A DNA stretch of 64,000 nt from a virus (IMGVR_UViG_3300028888_000051:35384-99383), one strand, 5' to 3'; positions 9,916-19,558 are shown, numbered from the stretch's first letter. Notes: generated by a model not told the origin, from the letters alone. Translations and numbers: made by a program.

Positions 9916-10355
9916 ATTTTTCCTTCCAGCTTTAATAATGTATAAAGATTGTCAAAAGCCTCTCTGAGTATAAATAAACTTTTTTCAGATTTACGATAGT
10001 ATTCTGGTTGAATTATAGAAAGTCCAAATGTATCTTGTAAAGTTTTACAAATTTGTCTACGTTTACGTGGTATCTGAAAGGTAAATTTAACGATAGTTTT
10101 ATTATTTTCAACAAATCTATATAATTTTTCTAATTTTTTACTTATACTATCAGATCTACATGGATCATCTAAATTATTATCTAAAAAAGCGATTAAACGC
10201 GGAATAGGAAGATCATAGGCATAAATAGTATAATGCAGTTTATTTCTTCGTATAGAATCACATATATATTCGAGAACTGCATAATATTCTTTGTTAAAAT
10301 TAACAGCTACCTTACGTAATTCTTTATATTCTTTTTGCTTATCGTTAATATCCAT
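9912..10355 (-). CDS. Small protein, C-terminal-motif family (KRK..FGL subfamily)
   Basis: RKRRQICKTLQDTFGL...YYRK...FDNLYTLLKL. Confidence 0.7.
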   Translation of the reverse strand: MDINDKQKEYKELRKVAVNFNKEYYAVLEYICDSIRRNKLHYTIYAYDLPIPRLIAFLDNNLDDPCRSDSISKKLEKLYRFVENNKTIVKFTFQIPRKRRQICKTLQDTFGLSIIQPEYYRKSEKSLFILREAFDNLYTLLKLEGKI

Positions 10356-10374
10356 TTATCAATTCCTTATATTT

Positions 10375-10443
10375 ATAAATATAATTTAACCTATATTATA
10401 TCTAAAGTAAAACCATCTTTAAACCATATTAAAATAATTTATG
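10375..10443. repeat. 69-bp imperfect direct repeat, copy 1 (contains a promoter)
   Basis: ATAAATATAATTTAACCTATATTATATC[T/C]AAAGTAAAACC... nearly identical to 11631-11699. Confidence 0.85.
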
Positions 10444-10506
10444 AAAAATGCATCTTAAAAAGGTTTATTTAATCTCATATAGTTTAAATGATATTCGAAA
10501 AGTTCT

Positions 10507-10860
10507 TTACTGATTATTGATATTTTTATTTTCCCAAAAATCTTGTAATTTAAGTACAGTTTCTAAATCTTCCATTTGATCTATGTATTCTTTTTTAAGA
10601 ATAATATGTATAGAAGACTTATATCTTTTTATATTAAAATAACCGTCTATGTTTTTATCTCTAAAACTTTTTCTTATTTCTGCATAATGCGATTCACTAG
10701 CCCAATTTTCTGTATAAAAAATAACTCCTGGTTCTTTATTGTTATATTCAACAAGATTAAATCCATCAAGTGTAATACAATTTTTTAAAACTTCTAGACA
10801 AAAATGATTTGCATTTTCATGTCTAAATCTCGCTTCTTCTGAAATACCGATGGCTATCAT
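10507..10860 (-). CDS. Small protein, C-terminal-motif family; close paralog of 14339-14665
   Basis: HE.ANHFC...EYNN..PG.I...F.IK.Y..SI.I.LKKEY..Q...LET..K.Q shared with 14339-14665. Confidence 0.7.
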   Translation of the reverse strand: MIAIGISEEARFRHENANHFCLEVLKNCITLDGFNLVEYNNKEPGVIFYTENWASESHYAEIRKSFRDKNIDGYFNIKRYKSSIHIILKKEYIDQMEDLETVLKLQDFWENKNINNQ

Positions 10861-10876
10861 GATTATTCTCTTTTTA

Positions 10877-11260
10877 TTAATTTACATATATACAAAGCAA
10901 AGTATAAAGCATATTTATATCATTAGTTTCTAAAACATAATATGTATTTGCATAATTTTTGGCATATACATCTATACGCTTTATATTAAAATTTGTTTCA
11001 AGATAATTTATAAGTTTTTTTCTATTTTTCCATACTCTTAAAATAAATCTTACTCCAGTATTTTTATCATAGGTATATGACACAGCATCATATGGAGCTG
11101 AATCAAATATATCTCCGCGAAAAGTATAAGCGTAATTTTTGTATAAAAAAGTACTATAGTGATAAAAATAATCTGTTGTTGGATTAACCTTCATAAATTC
11201 ATACAAAATGTCATTTAATTTATTAATAGTTTCTGTATATAATCTTTCTTCACAAATCAT
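10877..11260 (-). CDS. Small protein, C-terminal-motif family
   Basis: KNRKKLINYLETNFNI...INMLYTLLCI. Confidence 0.65.
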   Translation of the reverse strand: MICEERLYTETINKLNDILYEFMKVNPTTDYFYHYSTFLYKNYAYTFRGDIFDSAPYDAVSYTYDKNTGVRFILRVWKNRKKLINYLETNFNIKRIDVYAKNYANTYYVLETNDINMLYTLLCIYVN

Positions 11261-11628
11261 TATATTTCCTCTAATAAATATAACAAATCAAACATCTTCA
11301 TATAAACATATAAATAATTTAAACCCTCATCATTTTTATAATTATTTTTGAAGTTAAGAATAAATTGATTTTCATCAGATATAATTTTAAGGTCTATAAA
11401 ATATTCCAAACCAGTAGTATAAAGAAAATCCCTTGTATTTTTACTAAAAGATACTTGTCCAGTTATAGAAGGATCAATTTTATACATAACCAAATATACT
11501 GTTAAATCAGGTGTTTTTGCATTATGAGCATATTCAAATTGGACTACTTTATCACCATTACATGTCAAAATTATATTCTTCAAAAGATGTGTGATTTCAT
11601 TTAATTGAATCATGATTATCCCTTTCAT
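11260..11628 (-). CDS. Small protein, C-terminal-motif family
   Basis: Ends LNYLYVYMKMF. Confidence 0.6.
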   Translation of the reverse strand: MKGIIMIQLNEITHLLKNIILTCNGDKVVQFEYAHNAKTPDLTVYLVMYKIDPSITGQVSFSKNTRDFLYTTGLEYFIDLKIISDENQFILNFKNNYKNDEGLNYLYVYMKMFDLLYLLEEI

Positions 11629-11630
11629 TC

Positions 11631-11699
11631 ATAAATATAATTTAACCTATATTATATCCAAAGTAAAACCGTTTTTAAGCCACATTAAAATAATCTATG
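11631..11699. repeat. 69-bp imperfect direct repeat, copy 2 (contains a promoter)
   Basis: Matches 10375-10443. Confidence 0.85.
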
Positions 11700-11742
11700 G
11701 TGCATCAAGTTATTGAGGTTATATTACAATATAAAAGATATC

Positions 11743-12153
11743 TTAGTTAGCCATTATTTTAGCTAATGTACAAAGCTCATCAAAATTTTCTCGTGGAATC
11801 TTAAAGCTAAAAGTCTGCATCCTATAGTCATGTGTATAACTAGGAATTAAACCAAAGATTTCTACAAGTCTTTGACATATTTGTTTACGTTTATTGAACA
11901 TATAAAAAGTTATGTTAAAATATTGATTTGGTGTATTATTTTTATAACCAATTTTAGCAGCTAAATTATTTAATCTTTCATTATCATCTGTGTGCATAGT
12001 ATATAACATAGATTTATAATTTATACCACTAAATGCTGGTTTTATACCGAATTCATTTTTAACATATTGCTGTATATTACGCATCATTTCATTATATCTA
12101 TCTTGATGGTTTATAGCATAATTATAAAAATCTTCAAATTCTTTACTTGTCAT
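11743..12153 (-). CDS. Small protein, C-terminal-motif family; paralog of 7522-7953
   Basis: NKRKQICQRLVEIFGLIP...DYRMQTFSFKI...FDELCTLAKI. Confidence 0.7.
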   Translation of the reverse strand: MTSKEFEDFYNYAINHQDRYNEMMRNIQQYVKNEFGIKPAFSGINYKSMLYTMHTDDNERLNNLAAKIGYKNNTPNQYFNITFYMFNKRKQICQRLVEIFGLIPSYTHDYRMQTFSFKIPRENFDELCTLAKIMAN

Positions 12154-12154
12154 G

Positions 12155-12529
12155 TTATATCTCCGTCATTTTACAAATCATATATAAATCATTGAAATCA
12201 TCAAAATCTATATAAAATATATAATGCGATTCATAGATATAAGTTCCATCATCTGGTTTAAGACCGAATGTATTTTTAAGATAAATTTCTACTTCATCAC
12301 TTCTATCATCTACAGCAAACCAAAGTTTTCTTAATTTTACAAAATAATTATCCAACGATCCAATGCCAGCTAATTTAAAGCCAGAAGAATCTAAGTATCC
12401 AGGTACTATACGTATATCTCTACTAAATCTTTTTTGTAAATTTTCAGATATAATACTAGTTACTAAAATAAATTTATCCCAATGTGGATATAATTCTGGC
12501 ATATATACTGATATTTCATCATTGATCAT
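12155..12529 (-). CDS. Small protein, C-terminal-motif family
   Basis: EVEIYLKNTFGLKP...YIFYI...FNDLYMICKM. Confidence 0.65.
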   Translation of the reverse strand: MINDEISVYMPELYPHWDKFILVTSIISENLQKRFSRDIRIVPGYLDSSGFKLAGIGSLDNYFVKLRKLWFAVDDRSDEVEIYLKNTFGLKPDDGTYIYESHYIFYIDFDDFNDLYMICKMTEI

Positions 12530-12587
12530 GATTTATTCCTTTCGTTAACTATATATAATAATATATAAATGGCTATTGTAAAACTGT

Positions 12588-13553
12588 TTAATTCATTAAC
12601 TTTATTAAAGTATTTATTTCATCATAAGGAAAATCATTAGTTATTTTTATATAATCAAAATTTGTTTTATAATAGTTTTTGCTATCTATTTCACTTGGTT
12701 TAAATGAACCTAATTCAAAGTACTTTTCTAAATTAAACTGTTTTACACCAGCTTTAAATCTATCTACAAAATTACTATTATTTTCTTTATATATAAATAT
12801 ATTATTTCCAAAATAGGTAATCTCAGGACTATATTCGTTTCTTTTATGAATATTCTCTAATGTATTAATTATTCTATTTATCTTTTTATCCTCTTCTATT
12901 TTTATCTTTCTATTTAATTCATACATATCAAATTCTAATCCAAGTAAATGTAAATGTTTTTGTAATTCGCCTATATGGCTTTTACTACAATAGAAATTAA
13001 AAATTCTGAATTGTCTCATTGTAACTAAATCATAATATGTATATATACCATAAAACATTAAACCTAAAATAGTATTAGTCGATAAAGTTTCAAATGCGAT
13101 TCTATGTTTTAATTTCTCTTCAAAAGATAATTTATTTAAATTATTAAAAACTTCCATTAAATTATTTTTGAGTATCTTTTCCATATACTTTTCTTGATCT
13201 TTTTCAGCTAGACCTGGATATATAGGTTTTGCATATTTTCTATTTAAAGCATAACCATTTACTGGATTAGTATTAGCGTATCCTGTTGATTTCACTTTGA
13301 ACAAAACTTTTTCTTCACATAATTTATTCATTATTTCTTTTAAATTATCAGGACACAGTGGCTTATATTTTCTATATTCATCTATATATTTTTTTGACCT
13401 ACATTTAGCTAATATATCATTTTCAAATATTAATACATGCTCTAATATTTGTCCTTCATATTCAGCTAATATAGCATTATTATATTCAGAAAAGCATTCC
13501 ATAACTACTCTTTTTATTAACATATATAAATCATTCCATTTGGCTGAATCCAT
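12588..13553 (-). CDS. Protein with an internal RNA polymerase alpha-CTD-like domain and the shared C-terminal motif
   Basis: LSTNTILGLMFYGIYTYYDLVTM...SKSHIGELQKHLHLLGLEF follows the alpha-CTD pattern; ends YDEINTLIKLMN. Confidence 0.5.
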   Translation of the reverse strand: MDSAKWNDLYMLIKRVVMECFSEYNNAILAEYEGQILEHVLIFENDILAKCRSKKYIDEYRKYKPLCPDNLKEIMNKLCEEKVLFKVKSTGYANTNPVNGYALNRKYAKPIYPGLAEKDQEKYMEKILKNNLMEVFNNLNKLSFEEKLKHRIAFETLSTNTILGLMFYGIYTYYDLVTMRQFRIFNFYCSKSHIGELQKHLHLLGLEFDMYELNRKIKIEEDKKINRIINTLENIHKRNEYSPEITYFGNNIFIYKENNSNFVDRFKAGVKQFNLEKYFELGSFKPSEIDSKNYYKTNFDYIKITNDFPYDEINTLIKLMN

Positions 13554-13667
13554 AATATTATTCCTTTTACTAATGTTAACTATACATATATAATAGTATA
13601 TAAAGAAAGAAAAGTAAAGCCATAGAAGCTAAAATTAAGTTCTAATTAAAAGATTATTTTTTATAAA

Positions 13668-14342
13668 ATGGATAAAGCTATGAATAAATATATACAAAAA
13701 TTTAGAGAATCTATAGCTAAATTAAATGAAGAACAAATTATATATCGTACTTATGCAGATAAGCCATATTTAAATAATATAGATGGTAGTTTTATGAATA
13801 AACCATCTAAAGGTTTGTGGGGTTGTAGAGATAATGGTTGGAAAGAATGGTGTGAAGAGAATGATTTTGGTTATGACTCACATTATTTTGAATGGACATT
13901 AAAACCAGAATCTAAATTATATACTGTTAGCAATAAAAATGATTTTATATATTTATTAAAAAATTATCAATTAGAAGAATCTGATGGTAATGTATTTATA
14001 GATTATTCAAAATTAGCTAAAGATTATGATGCCATTGAATTAACTAAAAATGGTAACATGGATCTTCATTATGGTATAGAAACAGATGATCCTGAATTGC
14101 AAGATCCTAAATATAGAATAGCCTTAACAATGGCTATGAATACATGGGATGTACCTAGTATATGTGTATTTAATCCAAGTAAAACTGTAAACGTTATTAA
14201 TAAACCTATTGAAGAAGATACAGTTAAGCAAGGTAATTCATGGACAAATAAAGGAAAAGAAGGCACACATGGTACCTTCAAGACTAAAAAACAAGCTGAT
14301 GCTCAAAGAAAAGCTATGTTTGCAAATGGATATAAAGGTTAA
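13668..14342 (+). CDS. Putative late/virion-associated protein, possible ADP-ribosyltransferase-like fold
   Basis: GTTCTAA at 13639; N-terminal MNKYIQKFRESIAKLNEE; core KPSKGLW...W.EWC...DY..LAKDYDAI...WDVPS. The fold is an inference. Confidence 0.45.
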   Translation: MDKAMNKYIQKFRESIAKLNEEQIIYRTYADKPYLNNIDGSFMNKPSKGLWGCRDNGWKEWCEENDFGYDSHYFEWTLKPESKLYTVSNKNDFIYLLKNYQLEESDGNVFIDYSKLAKDYDAIELTKNGNMDLHYGIETDDPELQDPKYRIALTMAMNTWDVPSICVFNPSKTVNVINKPIEEDTVKQGNSWTNKGKEGTHGTFKTKKQADAQRKAMFANGYKG

Positions 14343-14665
14343 ATTATTCCTTGTATTTTAAATAAGGTTTCTAATTCTTGTATTTGATTTACATATTCTT
14401 TTTTAAGATTAATTTGTATTGAATACTGATATTCTTTAATGTCAAAATATATATCTATTGTATAATTTTTTAAAATTTTTTCAATCATACGCATATAATT
14501 AAAGCTAGTATTATTACATTTAACTATAATTCCAGGAACAAAATTATTATATTCAATATCTTCAAAAGAAGACCACATAATAAATTTACTTAAAAGATTA
14601 AAGCAAAAGTGATTAGCTTGCTCATGTTGCCATTGTAATTCTTCAGCTATATTTGATGAAATCAT
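14339..14665 (-). CDS. Small protein, C-terminal-motif family; close paralog of 10507-10860
   Basis: Ends IQELETLFKIQGII. Confidence 0.7.
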   Translation of the reverse strand: MISSNIAEELQWQHEQANHFCFNLLSKFIMWSSFEDIEYNNFVPGIIVKCNNTSFNYMRMIEKILKNYTIDIYFDIKEYQYSIQINLKKEYVNQIQELETLFKIQGII

Positions 14666-14683
14666 AATTTTAATTCCTTTTAA

Positions 14684-15652
14684 TTATATTTCAAGTTCTG
14701 GTGATCCCATTTTAATATAGTTACCATAGGTAATATGTTCACCAGTTTTTTGATAATGACGAGCCAACATTTTTAAAGCAGGTAAAGCACTAAGACATGC
14801 ATCCATATCTTGACTATCATATTCAAAACTTTTACGTATATTATTATACCTAGCTTGTACACGTGCACAAAAACCCCAAGCATTCCATTTCTTAGATGGA
14901 TTTCTATAATGTATATTTTTTGGTAAATTAACAGTACGTAATCCACTTGGTGTTTCTCTAGTTATTTGTTTTTCGGCTAAAATAACACCTTGTTTACATT
15001 TACAAGCACTATATTTAGGATAGGATATATGTCCAATTACTAATTCACCACAATCAAGACATTTCCATGTACAATTACTACCTTCAATTTTAATTAATTG
15101 ACGATTATTAACAATATCTCCAATATTATACTTTCTTTTATGTTCACATCTACATTTTCTTTCACTTAATTCATCTGATCTTCTTTTTGTAATTTTACCA
15201 CATTTTAAACATTTTACATTATAAGGATATCTATAATCATTAGTAATCTCTACTATTTCATAATTATTTATAATATCTCCAACACTATATTTTAATTTAG
15301 GCAAATTTCCTTTTGTTAAACTTTTAGACCATTCTATTGTATATTCTGAAAAGTCATTATGATGAAATTTTGCCCACATTGCAATACTTCTTTTACTTAC
15401 GCCTAATTTTTTTGCCATATCAGTTTGATTATAGAATAATTGTCCATTCCATTCTATTGCAAATTTACATTTTTCGCATTTTGCAAGACGTAATCTATTA
15501 ACGTTAGACTCTTTAAATATATTACCACAACGTAAGCATTTAGTGACATATACCCTACCTACTTTTCCACCTCTAGAAATCAAAGGTTCATATACAATAT
15601 CAATAACTTGACGAGTACCTATGATATCACCAATTTTTAAATCAATAGACAT
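14684..15652 (-). CDS. Repeated zinc-ribbon plus HTH protein, homing-endonuclease-associated type
   Basis: Three IGDI...KCL.CG...C.C modules; HTH QTDMAKKLGVSKRSI. Confidence 0.55.
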   Translation of the reverse strand: MSIDLKIGDIIGTRQVIDIVYEPLISRGGKVGRVYVTKCLRCGNIFKESNVNRLRLAKCEKCKFAIEWNGQLFYNQTDMAKKLGVSKRSIAMWAKFHHNDFSEYTIEWSKSLTKGNLPKLKYSVGDIINNYEIVEITNDYRYPYNVKCLKCGKITKRRSDELSERKCRCEHKRKYNIGDIVNNRQLIKIEGSNCTWKCLDCGELVIGHISYPKYSACKCKQGVILAEKQITRETPSGLRTVNLPKNIHYRNPSKKWNAWGFCARVQARYNNIRKSFEYDSQDMDACLSALPALKMLARHYQKTGEHITYGNYIKMGSPELEI

Positions 15653-15681
15653 AAAATATCTCCTTTCATGAGTAATATTTC

Positions 15682-16368
15682 TTATTTATCTAACATATGA
15701 CTAGCAAATAAACTTTTTGCATGCTCTATCATTTCTTTATAATTTTCATCTGTAAAATATCTTACGTATAAATTTGTTTTCTGGTCACTACGTTCCTTAT
15801 CTCTATTTTCTATAAATTTATTTTGTAAATTTAAACGTTGAAGAATATTCATTTTATTCCATCTATTAAGTAACATATCTTCTTCTGCTAAAGCTAATAA
15901 TTCTTGTAAATAAGCATGATATTCCATTTTATCATTAATATAATCTTTCATATTATCAGATTTAGAAGACATATCTTCTGTAATTAAACCACAACAAGCA
16001 TCATTATAATGAATTAATTCATGAAATACCGCAAGATTATGCTCTGTAAGTAAATAAAGATATAATTCTGCTATTTGTTTTTTATTTGATAAATCTACAG
16101 AATCATCTAATATAGCAAAACTAATTTGATATTTATTATTTTCTCTAAAGCCAAAAGCTCCTGCAGAATTATATGATTTACTAAATAATTCAAAATATAA
16201 ATCACCAAAAAGAATAGATACGTAATCTAAGCCTTCTATATCTTTTCCTACATAAATATAATTATAATCATTAGATTTAATCATATTTATTAAATGATCT
16301 TTTAAAGTTTCCATTAAAAAATAAACTGCTTTACGCTGACTATTTAATTCAAAATCTGTATACTTCAT
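15682..16368 (-). CDS. Putative zincin metallopeptidase
   Basis: VFHELIH (HExxH) with downstream EYHAY; start moved to the ATG after the AAAAGGA SD. Confidence 0.6.
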   Translation of the reverse strand: MKYTDFELNSQRKAVYFLMETLKDHLINMIKSNDYNYIYVGKDIEGLDYVSILFGDLYFELFSKSYNSAGAFGFRENNKYQISFAILDDSVDLSNKKQIAELYLYLLTEHNLAVFHELIHYNDACCGLITEDMSSKSDNMKDYINDKMEYHAYLQELLALAEEDMLLNRWNKMNILQRLNLQNKFIENRDKERSDQKTNLYVRYFTDENYKEMIEHAKSLFASHMLDK

Positions 16369-16438
16369 GATATTATTCCTTTTATTATCATTAACTATAT
16401 ATATAATATAGTATATATAATAACAAAAGTAAAACCGT

Positions 16439-17365
16439 TTATTCATCTTTCCATTCTTGTATTGCATATTTTGTTAAATTATTATCTATTATATACTTAT
16501 TCCTAGCCTCAACAGCTTCTTTAAGATCAGAATAAAAACCAACATATTTACATTCATTATTTACAATTAATCTTACACTCCATTTTTTTCTTTGTTTATT
16601 CCAATTTATTCCAGTATATCCACTAGTATTAGTAACTTTAATAACAGGATCAGTATTAAGTACACTAAATTCACCTTTATATTTTTGTATATGATACTCT
16701 AGATTATTATCAATTATATATTTATTTCTAACTTCTAATGCCTCTTTTTGTGTTTTATATGTACCTAAATATATAGTTTTATAATCTGAATAAATATCAG
16801 CTTCCCACATTTGTCTATTATTTTTCATATTTTTAATATGAATACCTACATATCCACTTGTATTATTTAATGGTTTATTTCGATTAATAGATTGAATTTT
16901 ACTTGTTGTCCATCTGCAATTTTCTGGACAATAATCACCGTTTACATTTATTCTATCTATACTTAATCCTTGTTTATATCCATTATTTATAGCCCAATTA
17001 TAAAAACATTCAAAACTATTAAACCATTTATCACATATTGTTATATTTCGTTTACCATAATATTTATAATGATCTCTATTTTGATTATAACATCTTTGTT
17101 TCATATCATTCCATACTAAATATAAAGGATGATCTGATAATCCGTGAGTAGTATTTATTTCATTTAAATATTTTAAAGCACAATTTCGACATTGTGTAGT
17201 ATTACCATTAATCAAATTACTTAAAGCATGAATACTTTCTGTTCCACATTCACATCTACATTTTACAATTTTATGACCATCTTTACTTTTACCAGCATTT
17301 TCTAATATAGTCCATTTACCAAATTTTTTACCAATATAATCTTCTACTTTATATATTTTAGGCAT
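16439..17365 (-). CDS. HNH homing endonuclease with two AP2-like domains
   Basis: MKQRCYN...YGKRNITIC..W...SIDRINVNGDYCPENCRW; two NTSGY.GI...W...Y.G.Y....EA..AR repeats. Confidence 0.85.
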   Translation of the reverse strand: MPKIYKVEDYIGKKFGKWTILENAGKSKDGHKIVKCRCECGTESIHALSNLINGNTTQCRNCALKYLNEINTTHGLSDHPLYLVWNDMKQRCYNQNRDHYKYYGKRNITICDKWFNSFECFYNWAINNGYKQGLSIDRINVNGDYCPENCRWTTSKIQSINRNKPLNNTSGYVGIHIKNMKNNRQMWEADIYSDYKTIYLGTYKTQKEALEVRNKYIIDNNLEYHIQKYKGEFSVLNTDPVIKVTNTSGYTGINWNKQRKKWSVRLIVNNECKYVGFYSDLKEAVEARNKYIIDNNLTKYAIQEWKDE

Positions 17366-17498
17366 TAATACTTATACTCCTATTAACAATTCTAATTTTA
17401 TTACAATAGAATACATTTATATATACAATTCTACTAAAATAAATTACTAAAAAAAGAATAATAATTAGAATAAAACAATAAACTATCTAAATTGAACA

Positions 17499-17505
17499 GT
17501 TCTAT
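17499..17505 (+). promoter_or_regulatory. Putative late promoter (GTTCTAW) for the major capsid gene
   Basis: The same motif precedes other late-type genes (13639, 21510, 61100 on +; 9543, 44639, 51113 on -). Confidence 0.6.
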
Positions 17506-17769
17506 AAAATACAATAACAATAATAAAAACACGTCAATATAAAATAACTTTTTTATAAAGACATATATAAAAGCATATTTATATCTATTCTGGACATAGT
17601 GATTAATAGTAGAATAAAGTATATATAAGACAGGTCATATACACATGCGTATAGAAACATTCTACCACATAACAGACGATGAAAAAAACACGTCTCTAAA
17701 TAAACTAAAATATAAACAACCTTGAAAAACTTAAAACAAAAATATTTTATAGAAGGAATGATAACTACT

Positions 17770-19323
17770 ATGTCTATATTAAACAAAATTAATGACGCTA
17801 ACGTAGCAGCTAAAGCTAGAAGCGCAAAAATCAACGAAGGCATTGCTCACGCAGCTAAGGTTTTACACGAGTCTGTACTCGGTACTCGTTGCCCTAACCT
17901 CGTAAAAGGCATTGAGTCTGACTCCAAGGAAGCTAAATACCAAGCAGCTACCTTGACACAGATCCTTGAGAACACAGCAGCATATGTACAAAAGATGGAT
18001 GGCATTAACTTGCTTACAGAAGATGCATATGCTTCTACTAATGCTGTATCTTTGCTGAGCCCTGGAGTTGCAACTTTAACTCCTCAAGTGCTTGATATTG
18101 TTAACGTTTTTTACCCACAGATGGTAGCAAACTACATTGCTGATATTCAAGCTCTTGATCGTCAGACTGGTCAAATCTTCACCATTAAGACACGTTACAG
18201 CCAAAAAGCCGCTGGTGTTGAAGCTGGTGACATTGTTTTTGAAGAAGCAACAGACGGTACATATTCTTCTGAGTATGTTGGTTATGCTCCTGTAGCTATT
18301 GCTGCTGAAGTTGAAGCTGAGCCTTCTTCTGAATTAGATGGTGCTACAGTTAAGATTCGTGCTGGTTCTTTCATTGTTCGTTTGGCTGGTAAAGAAGTTG
18401 CACGTGACTATGGCAATGGTTCTGCTAAGTTAGATGGTGTTAACGAAGGTAAATACAACGTAATTGGTCGTGGTGTTTCTGGTACATTAGATGCTCAGAC
18501 TGGTAAAGCCGAATTAAAGTTTGATGAAGAGATGTTTGCTGAAGCTATTGCTGCTCATGCTATGTTGTCTTTCGAAGCTGCTTTCGATACAGAAACTGAT
18601 GTTGACTTAATCCGTAAGATTCAGTTTGATATTCCTAACCAACCAGTTACTGCTAAAGAGCACCCATTAATGAGCTCTTACTCTGTAGCTGCTTCTTTGG
18701 TTATGAATGCTCACTTAGCAGTTGATACTGATGAATTGATTAGCAATCAAATTGCTGGTACAATTCGTTGGGAACGTGACTTAACTTTGATCCAAACTGT
18801 TTCTAATGCTGCTCAGTTAGTTGAAGACTTAACATTTGACTGTGCTGCAAATGGTACTAACTTGACATTACAACAAAGATATAGCTCATACACAACTACA
18901 ATTTCTAGTGCTCGTGGATATATCCAAGAAGTTGCTGGTCGTGGTACTGTTGAGTTCATTATCTGCTCTGCACGTGTTGGTTTGCCAGTTATTGAACAAA
19001 TCGAAGGCTTTAAGGCTGCTCCTGAAGCTAAGAAACCAATTGGTCCGTATTTAGCAGGTACATTGCGTGAAGGTACAATTGCTGTTATTGCAGTTCCTTA
19101 TAGCAAGACCTTACAAGAAGACCATGTAATCTTTGGTTTCAAAGGATTCCAATTAGGAGACTCTAGCATTGTGCTCGCTGAGTGGGTAAGTTTATATTTC
19201 ACACCTACTTTCCAAGCTCCTAATTTGAAAAACCATAAAGGTGCTTTGTCTTTCTACGATTTATTCGTTAATAAACCTGAATATCTTTGCAAAGGTGTTA
19301 TTTCTAACTTTAACGTTGCTTAA
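17770..19323 (+). CDS. Major capsid protein, T4 gp23-like (HK97 fold)
   Basis: About 517 aa; LTQILEN, DIQALDRQTGQIF, VTAKEHPL...YSVAAS...L, PYLAGTL, VIFGFKG...LAEW. Strong high-expression codon bias. Start placed at the ATG after AGAAGGA. Confidence 0.85.
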   Translation: MSILNKINDANVAAKARSAKINEGIAHAAKVLHESVLGTRCPNLVKGIESDSKEAKYQAATLTQILENTAAYVQKMDGINLLTEDAYASTNAVSLLSPGVATLTPQVLDIVNVFYPQMVANYIADIQALDRQTGQIFTIKTRYSQKAAGVEAGDIVFEEATDGTYSSEYVGYAPVAIAAEVEAEPSSELDGATVKIRAGSFIVRLAGKEVARDYGNGSAKLDGVNEGKYNVIGRGVSGTLDAQTGKAELKFDEEMFAEAIAAHAMLSFEAAFDTETDVDLIRKIQFDIPNQPVTAKEHPLMSSYSVAASLVMNAHLAVDTDELISNQIAGTIRWERDLTLIQTVSNAAQLVEDLTFDCAANGTNLTLQQRYSSYTTTISSARGYIQEVAGRGTVEFIICSARVGLPVIEQIEGFKAAPEAKKPIGPYLAGTLREGTIAVIAVPYSKTLQEDHVIFGFKGFQLGDSSIVLAEWVSLYFTPTFQAPNLKNHKGALSFYDLFVNKPEYLCKGVISNFNVA

Positions 19324-19355
19324 TCCTAAAGCATTGATATTACTGCACTTTGGAA

Positions 19356-19388
19356 GGGTCCTAGAGAAATCTGGGGCCTTTCTTTATT
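19356..19388 (+). terminator. Intrinsic terminator after the capsid gene
   Basis: AGGGTCCTAGA-GAAA-TCTGGGGCCTT followed by a T-rich tail. Confidence 0.75.
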
Positions 19389-19558
19389 CTAAAAATTAGA
19401 CTCATATATTCTATTCATTAGTGATAGAAAAATTTATATTTACTTTATAAAAAATTCATGTTAATATAATGACAAAATAAAAGTTCCATATAATTAATAT
19501 GATGACAGAATCATCGTTTTAGCTAATTAATATAATGACGAAATAAAGGATAGTTAAT

